Assembly (NCBI GenBank): GCA_022711115.1
Contig: JAKLFP010000003.1
Location: 137,199 to 201,198, forward strand
DNA length: 64,000 nucleotides
Origin: Candidatus Omnitrophota bacterium
GTDB lineage: Bacteria; Omnitrophota; Omnitrophia; Omnitrophales; Aquincolibacteriaceae
Direction of reading: 5' to 3'
Made by a program: the position numbers and the translations under genes. Positions within the stretch are counted from its first letter, which is position 1, and the number at the start of each line of letters is the position of its first letter. The notes under the pieces were generated by a model that saw only the letters and a program-made list of their open reading frames with translations, was not told the origin of the DNA and ran no database searches. Below are positions 41,365-50,482 of this stretch, piece after piece.

Positions 41365-42615
41365 CTATTTTTTCTTTTTTGATATAGGTTTCGCAGGAAT
41401 CCCCACAACGACATCTCCCTTTTTCATGGACGTCTTGCAGGTCACCACTGCGCCGGCGCCGGTCCGAACTTCATCCGGAACGCAAATAGGCGCCACAAAA
41501 ACTGTATTAGAACCAATGAGTGCTTTTTTACCGATCTTTGTTTGATGCTTGTTTTTTCCGTCAAAATTCGCCGTAATGGTGCCCGCGCCAATATTGGCAC
41601 CATCCCCGATCACCGCATCCCCTAAATAAGCCAAATGTTTGGCGCAGACGTTCTTACCGATCCGGCTCCGGTTCACTTCCACAAAACTGCCGATCTCGGT
41701 TTTATCATCGATGATGGTTCCCCGGCGTAATTTCGCGAAAGGCCCGATCTTGCAAGCGTCTCCGATCACCACGCCGGCCTCGATAAAACACCACGGATAG
41801 ATTACAGTCCCTTTCCCGATCTTCACGCCAGTCGCCACAAAGGTTTGCTCGGGCGCGATAAAAGTCACACCGGCATCCATGTGCTTTTCAATTTCCCACT
41901 CATTAATTTTCTGCGTCACCATGGCCAAATCTTTCTGGGAATTGATCCCTTGCCCTTCTTCCGCGCCAGCCAGGCAAAATGCCTCAACGCAATAGCCTTC
42001 CCGGCGAAGAATCTCGATGGTATCCGTCAGATAATATTCCCCCTTACGATTATCCTGGCCGACTTTGTGAAGGGCTGAAGCTAAAGCTTTTTTGTCGAAA
42101 AGATAAATGCCGGTGTTCACTTCCTGAATCTGACGCTCTTCCGACGTTGCGTCCAGTTCCTCACGTATCGCTGTAAATTTTCCGTCTTCGCGGACAATGC
42201 GTCCGTATCCTGCGGGATCTTTTTGCTGACAGGAAAGCACGCTGGCATGGGCGCGATGTTTTTCATGAGCTTCCATGAATTTCTTGAGTGTTTCAAGTTT
42301 CACAAGCGGCATATCCCCAGGCCAAATAAGGACGTCCCCCTGGGCATTTTTCAGAACGGCCTTCACCATCATAACGGCATGCCCGGTTCCTTTTTGTTCT
42401 TTTTGAAGTACCGGCACAGCGTCATAATTTTTTAAAAAAGCGCGGACATCTTCAGCTTTATATCCGATCACCACATAAGGTTTGCGGCTTCCAGACGAAA
42501 CCAATGTTTCCAGAACATAACCAAGTACCGGCTTTCCCAGAACCTCATGCAAAACTTTCGGCAATTCAGAACGCATCCGCGTTCCCTTTCCTGCCGCAAG
42601 AACGATCGCTTCCAT
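41365..42615 (-). CDS. glmU: Bifunctional UDP-N-acetylglucosamine pyrophosphorylase / glucosamine-1-phosphate N-acetyltransferase
   Basis: N-terminal LAAGKGTRM nucleotidyltransferase motif and a C-terminal left-handed beta-helix acetyltransferase domain. 416 aa. Confidence 0.9.
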   Translation of the reverse strand: MEAIVLAAGKGTRMRSELPKVLHEVLGKPVLGYVLETLVSSGSRKPYVVIGYKAEDVRAFLKNYDAVPVLQKEQKGTGHAVMMVKAVLKNAQGDVLIWPGDMPLVKLETLKKFMEAHEKHRAHASVLSCQQKDPAGYGRIVREDGKFTAIREELDATSEERQIQEVNTGIYLFDKKALASALHKVGQDNRKGEYYLTDTIEILRREGYCVEAFCLAGAEEGQGINSQKDLAMVTQKINEWEIEKHMDAGVTFIAPEQTFVATGVKIGKGTVIYPWCFIEAGVVIGDACKIGPFAKLRRGTIIDDKTEIGSFVEVNRSRIGKNVCAKHLAYLGDAVIGDGANIGAGTITANFDGKNKHQTKIGKKALIGSNTVFVAPICVPDEVRTGAGAVVTCKTSMKKGDVVVGIPAKPISKKKK

Positions 42616-42620
42616 GGTCG

Positions 42621-43574
42621 TTAGCCCTTAATCCCGGTCAATTTGATACCTTCGACAAAGAACCGCTGATTGAAAAGAAAAACAATAAGGATCGGAAGAA
42701 TCATCATCATCGAGGCTGCCATCAACAACACCCAATCCGTCCCGTGCACACCCTGGAAATAAGCCAACCCGACTGGCAGCGTATATTTGGTGTGCGTATT
42801 CACCACGATCAACGGCCACATCAAATTCATCCATGACCCCATAAATGTAAAGGTCGTCAAAGTCGCCAGCGCCGGTTTCGAAAGCGGCAGGATAATATGC
42901 CAAAAAATCCTTCGGTAAGAACAACCGTCGATTTTGGCGGCATCTTCAAGGTCTTTGGGCAGCGTCAAAAAAAATTGCCGCAACATGAATGTGCCATACG
43001 CCGAAAAAATCCCAGGCAAAATCAAGGCCTTATAGCTGTCGATCCAGCCCAGATGACGAAGTAAGATAAAAACAGGGATCATCGTGACTGCCCCCGGAAT
43101 CATCATCGTAGCCAAATAGCCAAAAAACAGCTTGTCCCGGCCCGGAAAACGAAGCCGCGCAAAAGCATAGGCCGCCATGGCACTGGTGGTCACTTGACCG
43201 GCTGTAATTAAAACGCTCACCACAATCGAATTGACATAAAAACGCGCGAAAGGCACAACCTCCCATACTTTCAAATAATTCTGCCAGACAAAACTTGTCG
43301 GAATCCACTCCTGCCACCAAACCCGATTATCCACAAAAACCTGGTTGGCTTCTCTCAGCGAAGTCGAAATCATCCAGAGGAACGGTGCCGCCATACTGAT
43401 GGCACCAAGCAGCAACAATATAAAAAGGATTGAGCGCTGGGCAGCTCTTTTAAAAGGAGATCGGCTTTTGAACTCGGTGACCGCAAGAAGATATTTTCTC
43501 CTCGCCGCTGTCCCGGAGGCCTCTCTTTCTTTTTTCATTTCGTCCCGAATTAAAGAATCAATATGAGTTCCCAT
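42621..43574 (-). CDS. Carbohydrate ABC transporter permease (MalG/UgpE-like)
   Basis: Six-TM BPD_transp_1 permease with the EAA loop. 317 aa. Confidence 0.85.
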   Translation of the reverse strand: MGTHIDSLIRDEMKKEREASGTAARRKYLLAVTEFKSRSPFKRAAQRSILFILLLLGAISMAAPFLWMISTSLREANQVFVDNRVWWQEWIPTSFVWQNYLKVWEVVPFARFYVNSIVVSVLITAGQVTTSAMAAYAFARLRFPGRDKLFFGYLATMMIPGAVTMIPVFILLRHLGWIDSYKALILPGIFSAYGTFMLRQFFLTLPKDLEDAAKIDGCSYRRIFWHIILPLSKPALATLTTFTFMGSWMNLMWPLIVVNTHTKYTLPVGLAYFQGVHGTDWVLLMAASMMMILPILIVFLFNQRFFVEGIKLTGIKG

Positions 43575-43583
43575 GTCATCACC

Positions 43584-44522
43584 TTAGGCGTAATGAATAT
43601 TTTTTCCGTAAAAACGCCATTTAAGAAGCGTGACCACAAAGACAATCAAGAAAAGCACCCACGAAATGGCCGCAGCATATCCCATGTGGTACCAGTTAAA
43701 AGCATTATTAAAAATATAAAAAATAATGGTCGTCGTCGATCCATTCGGCCCACCACCAGTCATGATATAAGCTTGATCGAATCCGGCTTGAAACCCCCCG
43801 ATGAGACTCATGATCGCAATAAAAAACGTTGTGGGTGAAATCTGCGGCCAAGTGACGGCCCAGAATTTTTGCCAGCTGTTGGCACCGTCCACTTCCGCGG
43901 CATCATAAAGATCGCGCGGTACCCCCTGCAACGCCGCAAGATAAAGGATCATGTTGTAGCCGCCGACCCCCTGCCAAACGCTCATGATGATAAACGCCGG
44001 TTTGGCCCAGGTTTCGTCCGTAAGCCAATTGGGACCTGAAACCTTAAGGCCAAGAAGATCTCCGAAGCTGCTGATCATTGTATTTAAAAAACCAAAATTC
44101 GGATTATAGATCAACCGCCACAACATAAAAATCGCCACGCCGGAACAGATAGTCGGAAGAAAATAGATCGTCCTGAAAACAACCGTTCCTTTGAGCTTTT
44201 GGTTCAACGCAATCGCCAAAAGAAGCGAGCCGGTCATGCTGAGCGGGATTGATGCCATCAGATAAACCGTGTTCCAGCAATACTTCAAAAAATAAGGGTC
44301 GTTCACGAGTTCGATGAAATTTTTAAAGCCGACAAATTGGGGACCGCTCGACAAAAGGTCCCACTTCATAAAACTCAAACCCAAAGAGGCTAAAACCGGG
44401 ATTGAGGTGAAAATAAGAAACCCGATCAGGTTCGGCGCCAGAAACGCATACGCCGCTACGATCTCTTTTGTCTTGTCTTTCAGTATCCCGTTTTTCATAA
44501 TCTTAAATTTTTCTTTCAACAA
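43584..44522 (-). CDS. Carbohydrate ABC transporter permease (MalF/UgpA-like)
   Basis: Six-TM BPD_transp_1 permease with the EAA loop (AAEVDGANSWQKFWAVTWP). 312 aa. Confidence 0.85.
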   Translation of the reverse strand: MLKEKFKIMKNGILKDKTKEIVAAYAFLAPNLIGFLIFTSIPVLASLGLSFMKWDLLSSGPQFVGFKNFIELVNDPYFLKYCWNTVYLMASIPLSMTGSLLLAIALNQKLKGTVVFRTIYFLPTICSGVAIFMLWRLIYNPNFGFLNTMISSFGDLLGLKVSGPNWLTDETWAKPAFIIMSVWQGVGGYNMILYLAALQGVPRDLYDAAEVDGANSWQKFWAVTWPQISPTTFFIAIMSLIGGFQAGFDQAYIMTGGGPNGSTTTIIFYIFNNAFNWYHMGYAAAISWVLFLIVFVVTLLKWRFYGKNIHYA

Positions 44523-44586
44523 ACTGCAGCGCTGTAGAGAGTTTCCCTTGAACTCTCACAACGCGGTAGTTGTTCACTGGAACAAC

Positions 44587-44659
44587 TGCCCGGCCTGGAC
44601 TCGAACCAGGAATCTTGCCTCCAAAGGGCAGTGTGATATCCGATTTCACCACCGGGCAA
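44587..44659 (-). tRNA. tRNA-Gln (anticodon UUG)
   Basis: The 73-nt cloverleaf folds by hand. A 7-bp acceptor stem with a U1:A72 pair (as in bacterial tRNA-Gln), a D-arm GTGA/TCAC, anticodon loop CUUUGGA (anticodon UUG), T-arm CCTGG-TTCGAGT-CCAGG and discriminator G73. CCA is not encoded. Confidence 0.8.
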
Positions 44660-44688
44660 TATCTTGACAATCTTAAATCAAAACAAAC

Positions 44689-44998
44689 TTAGCGTTCGTA
44701 CGGGTCGTCTTCGCCAAGCCCTTCCGTATCCGGCATATGCTCGATATGCAATTCATAGGCCTTCAGAACTTCTTTTTCGATGTAATCGCGAAATTCCGCG
44801 GTCACGGGATGCGCCACATCCCGATGCTCATCCGCCTTGATCTTGCGGGAAGGCATCACCACAAAGAGCCCCTTGGAACCTTCAATCACCTTCAGCCCGC
44901 GCACCACAAAACAATCATCAAACGTGATGTTCGCGAAGGCGCGCAACTTATTTTCTTTATTAGTTTTAGGGAAAATACGAACTTCTGTGATCTTCACT
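44689..44998 (-). CDS. spoVG: Septation/regulatory protein SpoVG
   Basis: VKITEVRIFP...KLRAFANITFDDCFVVRGLKVIEGSKGLFVVMPSRK is the SpoVG signature. A GTG start with a GGAGG ribosome-binding site 7 nt upstream is preferred over the longer ORF. Confidence 0.85.
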
Positions 44999-45101
44999 TT
45001 TAGCCTCCATTTTCTCATGCAAACCATCGATACCGCGTTTTAAAATCCTTAAAGTAACGCAGTATGGCACCGTGTACCTTTAAAATTCAAAAAACACGGC
45101 A

Positions 45102-45977
45102 CTAAAACGAGTGACAAATCACCTTTCGAAAAGGGATGGGACATCGCTTTAATTTTTTTGAGAGATCTCTGACTTCTTTCTGGCTGGAAAACACTGCAAA
45201 AACTGTCGGCCCGCTACCGGTCATGCGGACAAAAGACGTCCCAAGTCCTTGTATTGCGGCAATGGCTTTGGGGATCGATGGTCTTAAGCAGAACGCCGAG
45301 GATTCCAAATCATTGCGTACCAACTCTGCAGCTTCCCGGATCCTCTGTTTTCCAAGAAAATAGCGAAGGATTCTAGCAATCCGCTTCTCCTTTGTCAAGG
45401 AAAGGGGCTTCCCCTTCCAGCTAAGGGTTTGATAGACTTTTTGGGTGTTAAGCCCCTGCTCAGAGACCAACAAAAGAAACCACAAGGGCTTTCCAACTCG
45501 GGTCACTTTCATTTTATCGCCAATCCCCCACGCAAGCGCTTGTGGTGCTTCCAAAAGAAAGAACGGCACATCTGCCCCGATCTTTTTTCCTAAAAGGAGC
45601 AACTTTTGGAAAGAGATTTTGAGCTGAAATAGTTTTTTCATCCCCAAGAGGAAAAAAGCCGCATTACTGGAACCACCCCCAAGGCCTCCTCCCATAGGGA
45701 TGCGCTTGGTCAACCGGACGGCCGCACCTCCCAATGCCGGAAATTCTTTCTGAAGCGTGCGGTAAGCCTTGGTGATAAGGTTATCCTCCCCGGTCTCCAG
45801 ACAACGGACATTCGTTGTGAGCTTAAAACCCTTCGGCTTTTTTTGGATGCGGATCGTGTCCGCAAGCGAAATCCTGTGGAAGATCGTCAGAAGATTATGA
45901 TAACCGTCCGGTCTTTTCCCCAGGATACGAAGGTGGAGGTTAAGTTTTGCAGGACTCCGAATGGTAATGGTTCTCAT
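45102..45977 (-). CDS. ispE: 4-diphosphocytidyl-2-C-methyl-D-erythritol kinase
   Basis: GHMP kinase with the PMGGGLGGGSSNAA ATP-binding motif. The N-terminus resembles IspE (SPAKLNLHLRILGKRPDGYHNL). Confidence 0.9.
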   Translation of the reverse strand: MRTITIRSPAKLNLHLRILGKRPDGYHNLLTIFHRISLADTIRIQKKPKGFKLTTNVRCLETGEDNLITKAYRTLQKEFPALGGAAVRLTKRIPMGGGLGGGSSNAAFFLLGMKKLFQLKISFQKLLLLGKKIGADVPFFLLEAPQALAWGIGDKMKVTRVGKPLWFLLLVSEQGLNTQKVYQTLSWKGKPLSLTKEKRIARILRYFLGKQRIREAAELVRNDLESSAFCLRPSIPKAIAAIQGLGTSFVRMTGSGPTVFAVFSSQKEVRDLSKKLKRCPIPFRKVICHSF

Positions 45978-46097
45978 CAGCTCTCTTACCTATGAAAGCA
46001 GACTAAAGACAAAAGACCGAAGACGACAGCTAAAAGCTAACCACAGCTCAAGCGCTCAGTCTCCGGTCTTCAGTCAAAAGTCCCTGGCCAAAAAAAA

Positions 46098-46196
46098 CTA
46101 CGACCAGTCTTTTTTCTTGTGACGATGCTTGCGCAGTTTTTTCTTGCGCTTATGCTTGTTCATCTTTTTCTTGCGCTGTTTCCGAGCCCAAGGCAT
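46098..46196 (-). CDS. Tiny Lys/Arg-rich basic protein (AURKAIP1/COX24-like small ribosome-associated peptide family)
   Basis: 32-codon ORF MPWARKQRKKKMNKHKRKKKLRKHRHKKKDWS, not in the ORF track because it is under 60 aa. It resembles the short polybasic peptides annotated in bacteria as AURKAIP1/COX24-domain proteins. It lies downstream of hisG on the same strand. Confidence 0.4.
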   Translation of the reverse strand: MPWARKQRKKKMNKHKRKKKLRKHRHKKKDWS

Positions 46197-46232
46197 GGAT
46201 GAATCTCCTTTAGTAACGAATACTGTTTGTGT

Positions 46233-47105
46233 TTACGGAATAACTTTATTAAGGGGATATTCGATAATACCGTTCGCACCGGCTTTCTTCAACGCCGGGA
46301 TCAGTTCGCGGACAACCGACTCATCAATGATCGTCTCGACATCCAGCCAGTTCTTATCCGTCAAATTGGCAACGGTAGGTTTCTTCATGGCCGGGAGAAG
46401 AGAAAGAATTTTTGTCAGGTTCTTCTTCTCCACGTTCATTTTCAATCCAACCTTCTCTTGGGCCCGCATCGCGCCTTCCAGAAGAAGAATCAGCGTTTCC
46501 ATTTTCTGTTTCTTCCACGGATCCTGATGACTTTTTTTGTTCGCAATAAATTTGGGGATCGAAACAATCACCGTGTCGATGATCTTCAGCTTGTTCGCAC
46601 GCAGACTGGAACCTGTTTCCGTGGCTTCCACAATCGCATCCGCCAGACGCGGCGGTTTCGCTTCCGTCGCGCCCCAGGAAAACTCCACTTCCGCGTTCAC
46701 CTTGTTCTTTTTAAGATAGCGCTTGGTCACGTTCACAAGTTCGGTGACGACTTTTTTTCCTTCCAGGTCTTTCACGGATTTAAATGGCGATGATTCGTGA
46801 ACGGCCAATACCCAGCGTACAGGGTTCGAAGTACGCTTGGAATATTGGAGCTCGGAAAGTTCGACAACTTTGGAGTTGTTCTCTACGACCCAATCGTGTC
46901 CCGTCAGACCGCAATCCACAATCCCGTCTTCGACATAGCGCGACATTTCCTGCGGCCTGAAAAGCACCACTTCGATCTCGGGATCATCGATGGAAGGAAT
47001 ATAAGAACGGGCACTTACATGAATGGTAAATCCTGCCCTCTTGAAAAGATGACAGGTCGCTTCTTCAAGGCTGCCTTTGGGTAACGCGATTTTGAGTTTA
47101 TTCAT
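46233..47105 (-). CDS. hisG: ATP phosphoribosyltransferase (long form with C-terminal regulatory domain)
   Basis: N-terminus [11 protein letters not shown] is typical of HisG, and the C-terminal HisG_C regulatory domain is present. 290 aa. Confidence 0.9.
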   Translation of the reverse strand: MNKLKIALPKGSLEEATCHLFKRAGFTIHVSARSYIPSIDDPEIEVVLFRPQEMSRYVEDGIVDCGLTGHDWVVENNSKVVELSELQYSKRTSNPVRWVLAVHESSPFKSVKDLEGKKVVTELVNVTKRYLKKNKVNAEVEFSWGATEAKPPRLADAIVEATETGSSLRANKLKIIDTVIVSIPKFIANKKSHQDPWKKQKMETLILLLEGAMRAQEKVGLKMNVEKKNLTKILSLLPAMKKPTVANLTDKNWLDVETIIDESVVRELIPALKKAGANGIIEYPLNKVIP

Positions 47106-47180
47106 AGAAGGCGGATTTTAGCTTGCTCTTTCTTGAGTGTCAATGCCGGAAATTTTAGCGGGAGCCTTAAAACGGATTTT

Positions 47181-47660
47181 CTAATCTGTCTGTTTTTTGG
47201 GCGGGAGCATCTTGCGCTGTAATCTTGAGAAAATATAAAATACCGCAAAGACAAGCACGGAGGAAAAAAAGGCGATTTTGAAAAGCCCCATGCCGCATGC
47301 CAATCCAACACCGCACATGGCCCAGATCCCGGCAGCAGTCGTCAAACCACGAATCCCGCCTTGCTGGGAACGAATGATGGCACCGGCACCAAGAAAACCT
47401 ATACCCGTTACTACTTGCGCCGCAATACGTGAAGGATCTACAGAAGTCCCATTTTTATAAACCTCATACATCTCCACAGAAATGATCATCATGAGTGCGG
47501 ATCCCATGCATACCAAGGTATATGTTTTAAATCCCGCTTCTTTACCGTTAAATTCTCGCTCAAGCCCTATGAGAGCGCCAAAGACCGTCGCCATCATCAA
47601 ACGGATCACCATGTCATAATCCTGAGACGACAATACAAAAAAATCTAAAAAATCAGCCAT
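47181..47660 (-). CDS. MgtC/SapB family membrane protein
   Basis: RLMMATVFGALIGLEREFNGKEAGFKTYTLVCMGSAL matches the MgtC N-terminal signature. 159 aa with 4-5 TM helices. Confidence 0.8.
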   Translation of the reverse strand: MADFLDFFVLSSQDYDMVIRLMMATVFGALIGLEREFNGKEAGFKTYTLVCMGSALMMIISVEMYEVYKNGTSVDPSRIAAQVVTGIGFLGAGAIIRSQQGGIRGLTTAAGIWAMCGVGLACGMGLFKIAFFSSVLVFAVFYIFSRLQRKMLPPKKQTD

Positions 47661-47713
47661 ATCATTCTCCTTCGCCTATAAGTTCTTCGTTGAGTACGGA
47701 TATTATTTTGCTC

Positions 47714-48769
47714 TTATTTTACGTTAAACGCAAGCCCAGGATCGGCGGTCATATGAAGTGACGACCGGATTCCATTTTTATGAAGCTCAAATCCGCGTCG
47801 CGCGATCATGGCGGCATTGTCCGTAGATAATGAAACCGGTGGGAACCACACCTTGATGTCATTCATGGCGGCTTGACGAGCGAGTTTTTCCCGCAAATAA
47901 GAATTAGCACTGACTCCGCCTCCCACCACGATATCCGAAACTCCTTTAAACTGGCAGGCATCGATCGCCTTTTCGACCAGCCAGCCGATCACCGCGTGCT
48001 GAAAACTCGCGGCAATATCCGCTGTGGAAGGCGCTCCGGGTTTGGGCTTTCCCGTTTTCGGGTCCTGCAATAAATAGAGCACCGCGGTCTTGATCCCGCT
48101 AAAACTGAAATTGAAGCGTTCCGCCTGCTTCGGTTTGGTGAATAAAACCGCTCGCGAATCCCCTTGTCTGGCAAGTTTATCGATCACCGGACCTCCCGGA
48201 TAACTGAGTCCCATGATCTTCGCGACTTTGTCGTAAGCTTCACCGACCGCGTCATCCACGGTCTCTCCAAGAACCGTGATCTTCCCCTTCTCGCAATGAG
48301 TCAGCATGGTATGCCCGCCCGAAACAAGAAGCCCGATATAGGTACCGGGTACCATGGGGACAGGTTCCTGAACCCGTTCCGAATTGGTACCCGGTACCTT
48401 TAGAAAATTCGCCACGAGATGCGCTTCCATATGATTCACGCCAACCACCGGAATCCCTAACTGGTAGGCCAGGGCTTTTGCAAACGCAACACCCACAAAA
48501 AGCGAACCGATCAGCCCCGGCCCGCGCGTCACCGCGACAAGATCCAGATCGGAGGCCCGAACCTTCGCTTCCCGAAGCGCTTCCTCAAAAACGCATTGGA
48601 TCTGCTCCATGCAGTGGCGCGACGCGATCTCCGGCACCACACCGCCGAATTTTTTGTGGCGGAAAAGACTGGAAGAAACAACATTGGAAAGGATCTCGTC
48701 CTTGCCTTTCAGGACCGCGCAGGAAGTTTCGTCGCAGGAAGTTTCAATGCCAAGCGTGTAAAAAGGCAT
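47714..48769 (-). CDS. tsaD: tRNA N6-adenosine threonylcarbamoyltransferase
   Basis: The N-terminus YTLGIETSCDETSCAV is the Kae1/TsaD signature, and metal-binding His residues are present. The start was trimmed to the internal Met adjacent to the gatB stop. Confidence 0.9.
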   Translation of the reverse strand: MPFYTLGIETSCDETSCAVLKGKDEILSNVVSSSLFRHKKFGGVVPEIASRHCMEQIQCVFEEALREAKVRASDLDLVAVTRGPGLIGSLFVGVAFAKALAYQLGIPVVGVNHMEAHLVANFLKVPGTNSERVQEPVPMVPGTYIGLLVSGGHTMLTHCEKGKITVLGETVDDAVGEAYDKVAKIMGLSYPGGPVIDKLARQGDSRAVLFTKPKQAERFNFSFSGIKTAVLYLLQDPKTGKPKPGAPSTADIAASFQHAVIGWLVEKAIDACQFKGVSDIVVGGGVSANSYLREKLARQAAMNDIKVWFPPVSLSTDNAAMIARRGFELHKNGIRSSLHMTADPGLAFNVK

Positions 48770-48770
48770 G

Positions 48771-50216
48771 CTAGTTTTGGAGTTTTTTCTGGAGGATTTC
48801 ATTCACAATTTTCGGATTCGCTTTGCCGCCTGTCTCTTTCATCACTGCACCCACGATTGCGCCAAGGGCTTTTTGCTTGCCGGCCTTGAATTCCGCAACC
48901 GCGTTCGGATTCGCGGCAATCGCCTTCTCAACCGCCTTTTCGATCAATCCGGTATCAGAAACCTGCACCAACCCTTTTTCTTTAACAATCACATCCGCAG
49001 TCTTGCCGCTTGTGAACATTTCACCCAATACATCCTTGGCAATCTTGCCATTGATGGTTCCCTGTTCAATCAAACGGATCAACCCGGCAAGTTTTTGGGA
49101 AGGAACAGGTGAGGCTTCAATCGAAAGTTTTTTTTCATTCAGAACCGCAAGCAGTTCCGTGAGCGTCCAGTTGCTTGCAAGCTTCGCGCTCACACCTTCT
49201 TTCACGCAACCCTCGAAATAGTCCGCGAGTTTCTTGTCTTCCGTCAGTGTATAAGCATCATATTCTGAAAGGCCGAATTCTTTGATAAACCGTCTAGCTT
49301 TCGCCAGCGGTAGTTCGGGCAAGGTCTTTTTGATCCCGTCCACAAGTTCCCGGGAAAGCGTGAAAGCGACAAGGTCCGGATCCGGAAAATAGCGATAATC
49401 ATGCGCTTCTTCTTTCGAACGCATGGAGAATGTCGCGCTTTTAGTATCGTTCCAGAGACGCGTCTCCTGGACGATCGCCTCGCCGTCCTCGATCGCTGCG
49501 ATCTGGCGTTCGATCTCGTACTGGATCGCCTTCTGCACCATCTTGAACGAGTTCAGGTTCTTGATCTCGACCTTGGTCCCGAATTTTTCTTGGCCGGCCG
49601 GTCTTACCGACACGTTCGCATCACAACGCAAACTTCCCTTTTCCATATCGCAATCGCTAACTTCCACATATTGAAGGATCGCCTTAAGCGCGGTCAGATA
49701 ATCGTAAGCTTCCTGGGCACTCCGGATATCCGGTTCGGATACGATCTCGAGAAGCGGCACTCCGCCGCGGTTATAGTCCACCAAACTGCCGTCAACAATC
49801 CCTTCATGGAGTAGTTTCCCGGCGTCTTCTTCGAGGTGCGCACGCGTAATGCCGATCTTTTTCTCCACAAATTTCCCGTCCGGCATCTTTGTCTCGATCA
49901 AGACTTCTCCTCTTCCATTGACCGGCATATCGTATTGCGAGATTTGGTAGGCCTTCGGAAGATCCGGATAAAAATAATTCTTTCGGTCGAATTTCAAGCG
50001 CTCGGCGACTTTGCAATTCAGCGCAAGGCCGGCTTTGATCCCGAGTTTCAACGCCTGTTCATTCACCACAGGCAGTGATCCCGGCCAGCCAAGACACACC
50101 GGGCAGGTATGCGCATTCCCTTCCGCACCGAATTCCGTGGAGCACGCGCAGAACAGCTTGCTCTTTGTCTTAAGCTGGACGTGGACTTCTAATCCTATGA
50201 CAGGTTCGTAGGTCAC
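48771..50216 (-). CDS. gatB: Asp-tRNA(Asn)/Glu-tRNA(Gln) amidotransferase subunit B
   Basis: N-terminal GatB motif YEPVIGLEVHVQL and a C-terminal YqeY/GatB domain. 481 aa. Confidence 0.95.
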   Translation of the reverse strand: MTYEPVIGLEVHVQLKTKSKLFCACSTEFGAEGNAHTCPVCLGWPGSLPVVNEQALKLGIKAGLALNCKVAERLKFDRKNYFYPDLPKAYQISQYDMPVNGRGEVLIETKMPDGKFVEKKIGITRAHLEEDAGKLLHEGIVDGSLVDYNRGGVPLLEIVSEPDIRSAQEAYDYLTALKAILQYVEVSDCDMEKGSLRCDANVSVRPAGQEKFGTKVEIKNLNSFKMVQKAIQYEIERQIAAIEDGEAIVQETRLWNDTKSATFSMRSKEEAHDYRYFPDPDLVAFTLSRELVDGIKKTLPELPLAKARRFIKEFGLSEYDAYTLTEDKKLADYFEGCVKEGVSAKLASNWTLTELLAVLNEKKLSIEASPVPSQKLAGLIRLIEQGTINGKIAKDVLGEMFTSGKTADVIVKEKGLVQVSDTGLIEKAVEKAIAANPNAVAEFKAGKQKALGAIVGAVMKETGGKANPKIVNEILQKKLQN

Positions 50217-50231
50217 TTATTATTTTAAACC

Positions 50232-50462
50232 TCAAATTTTAGTATGCGTGCCGTCGCAAAAAGGCATTCTTTTGGAAGCTTTGCAACCGCACCAGGCGAC
50301 TTTTTTCGGCGCGTCGATGACCGCGCGGACCGGTTGCACGCCCGGTTTTTTTATTTTATGGGACCCGTCGCAGAACGGCTGTTTGGCGGATTCCCCGCAG
50401 GCGCACCACCAGTATTCGCCGGACTTCATGTCCATGACATAAGGAGCTTTCTGTATCGCCAT
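50232..50462 (-). CDS. CDGSH-type iron-sulfur domain protein (two CDGSH motifs)
   Basis: 76 aa with two C-x-C-x(n)-C-D-G-S/T-H motifs (CACGESAKQPFCDGSH and CGCKASKRMPFCDGTH). Confidence 0.8.
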   Translation of the reverse strand: MAIQKAPYVMDMKSGEYWWCACGESAKQPFCDGSHKIKKPGVQPVRAVIDAPKKVAWCGCKASKRMPFCDGTHTKI

Positions 50463-50482
50463 AAAATCCTCCTTTGATTTCT

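Noticed and set aside
44314-44667. 117-aa plus-strand ORF overlapping the tRNA-Gln locus
   Set aside because: It overlaps the 5' end of the permease gene in antisense and the tRNA gene. The tRNA cloverleaf on the minus strand explains the region.
44525-44700. Looked for an integrase, attachment-site repeat or other mobile-element hallmarks next to tRNA-Gln
   Set aside because: There is no integrase or transposase ORF and no obvious direct repeat of the tRNA 3' end in the window. The island hypothesis is therefore kept only as a low-confidence finding.
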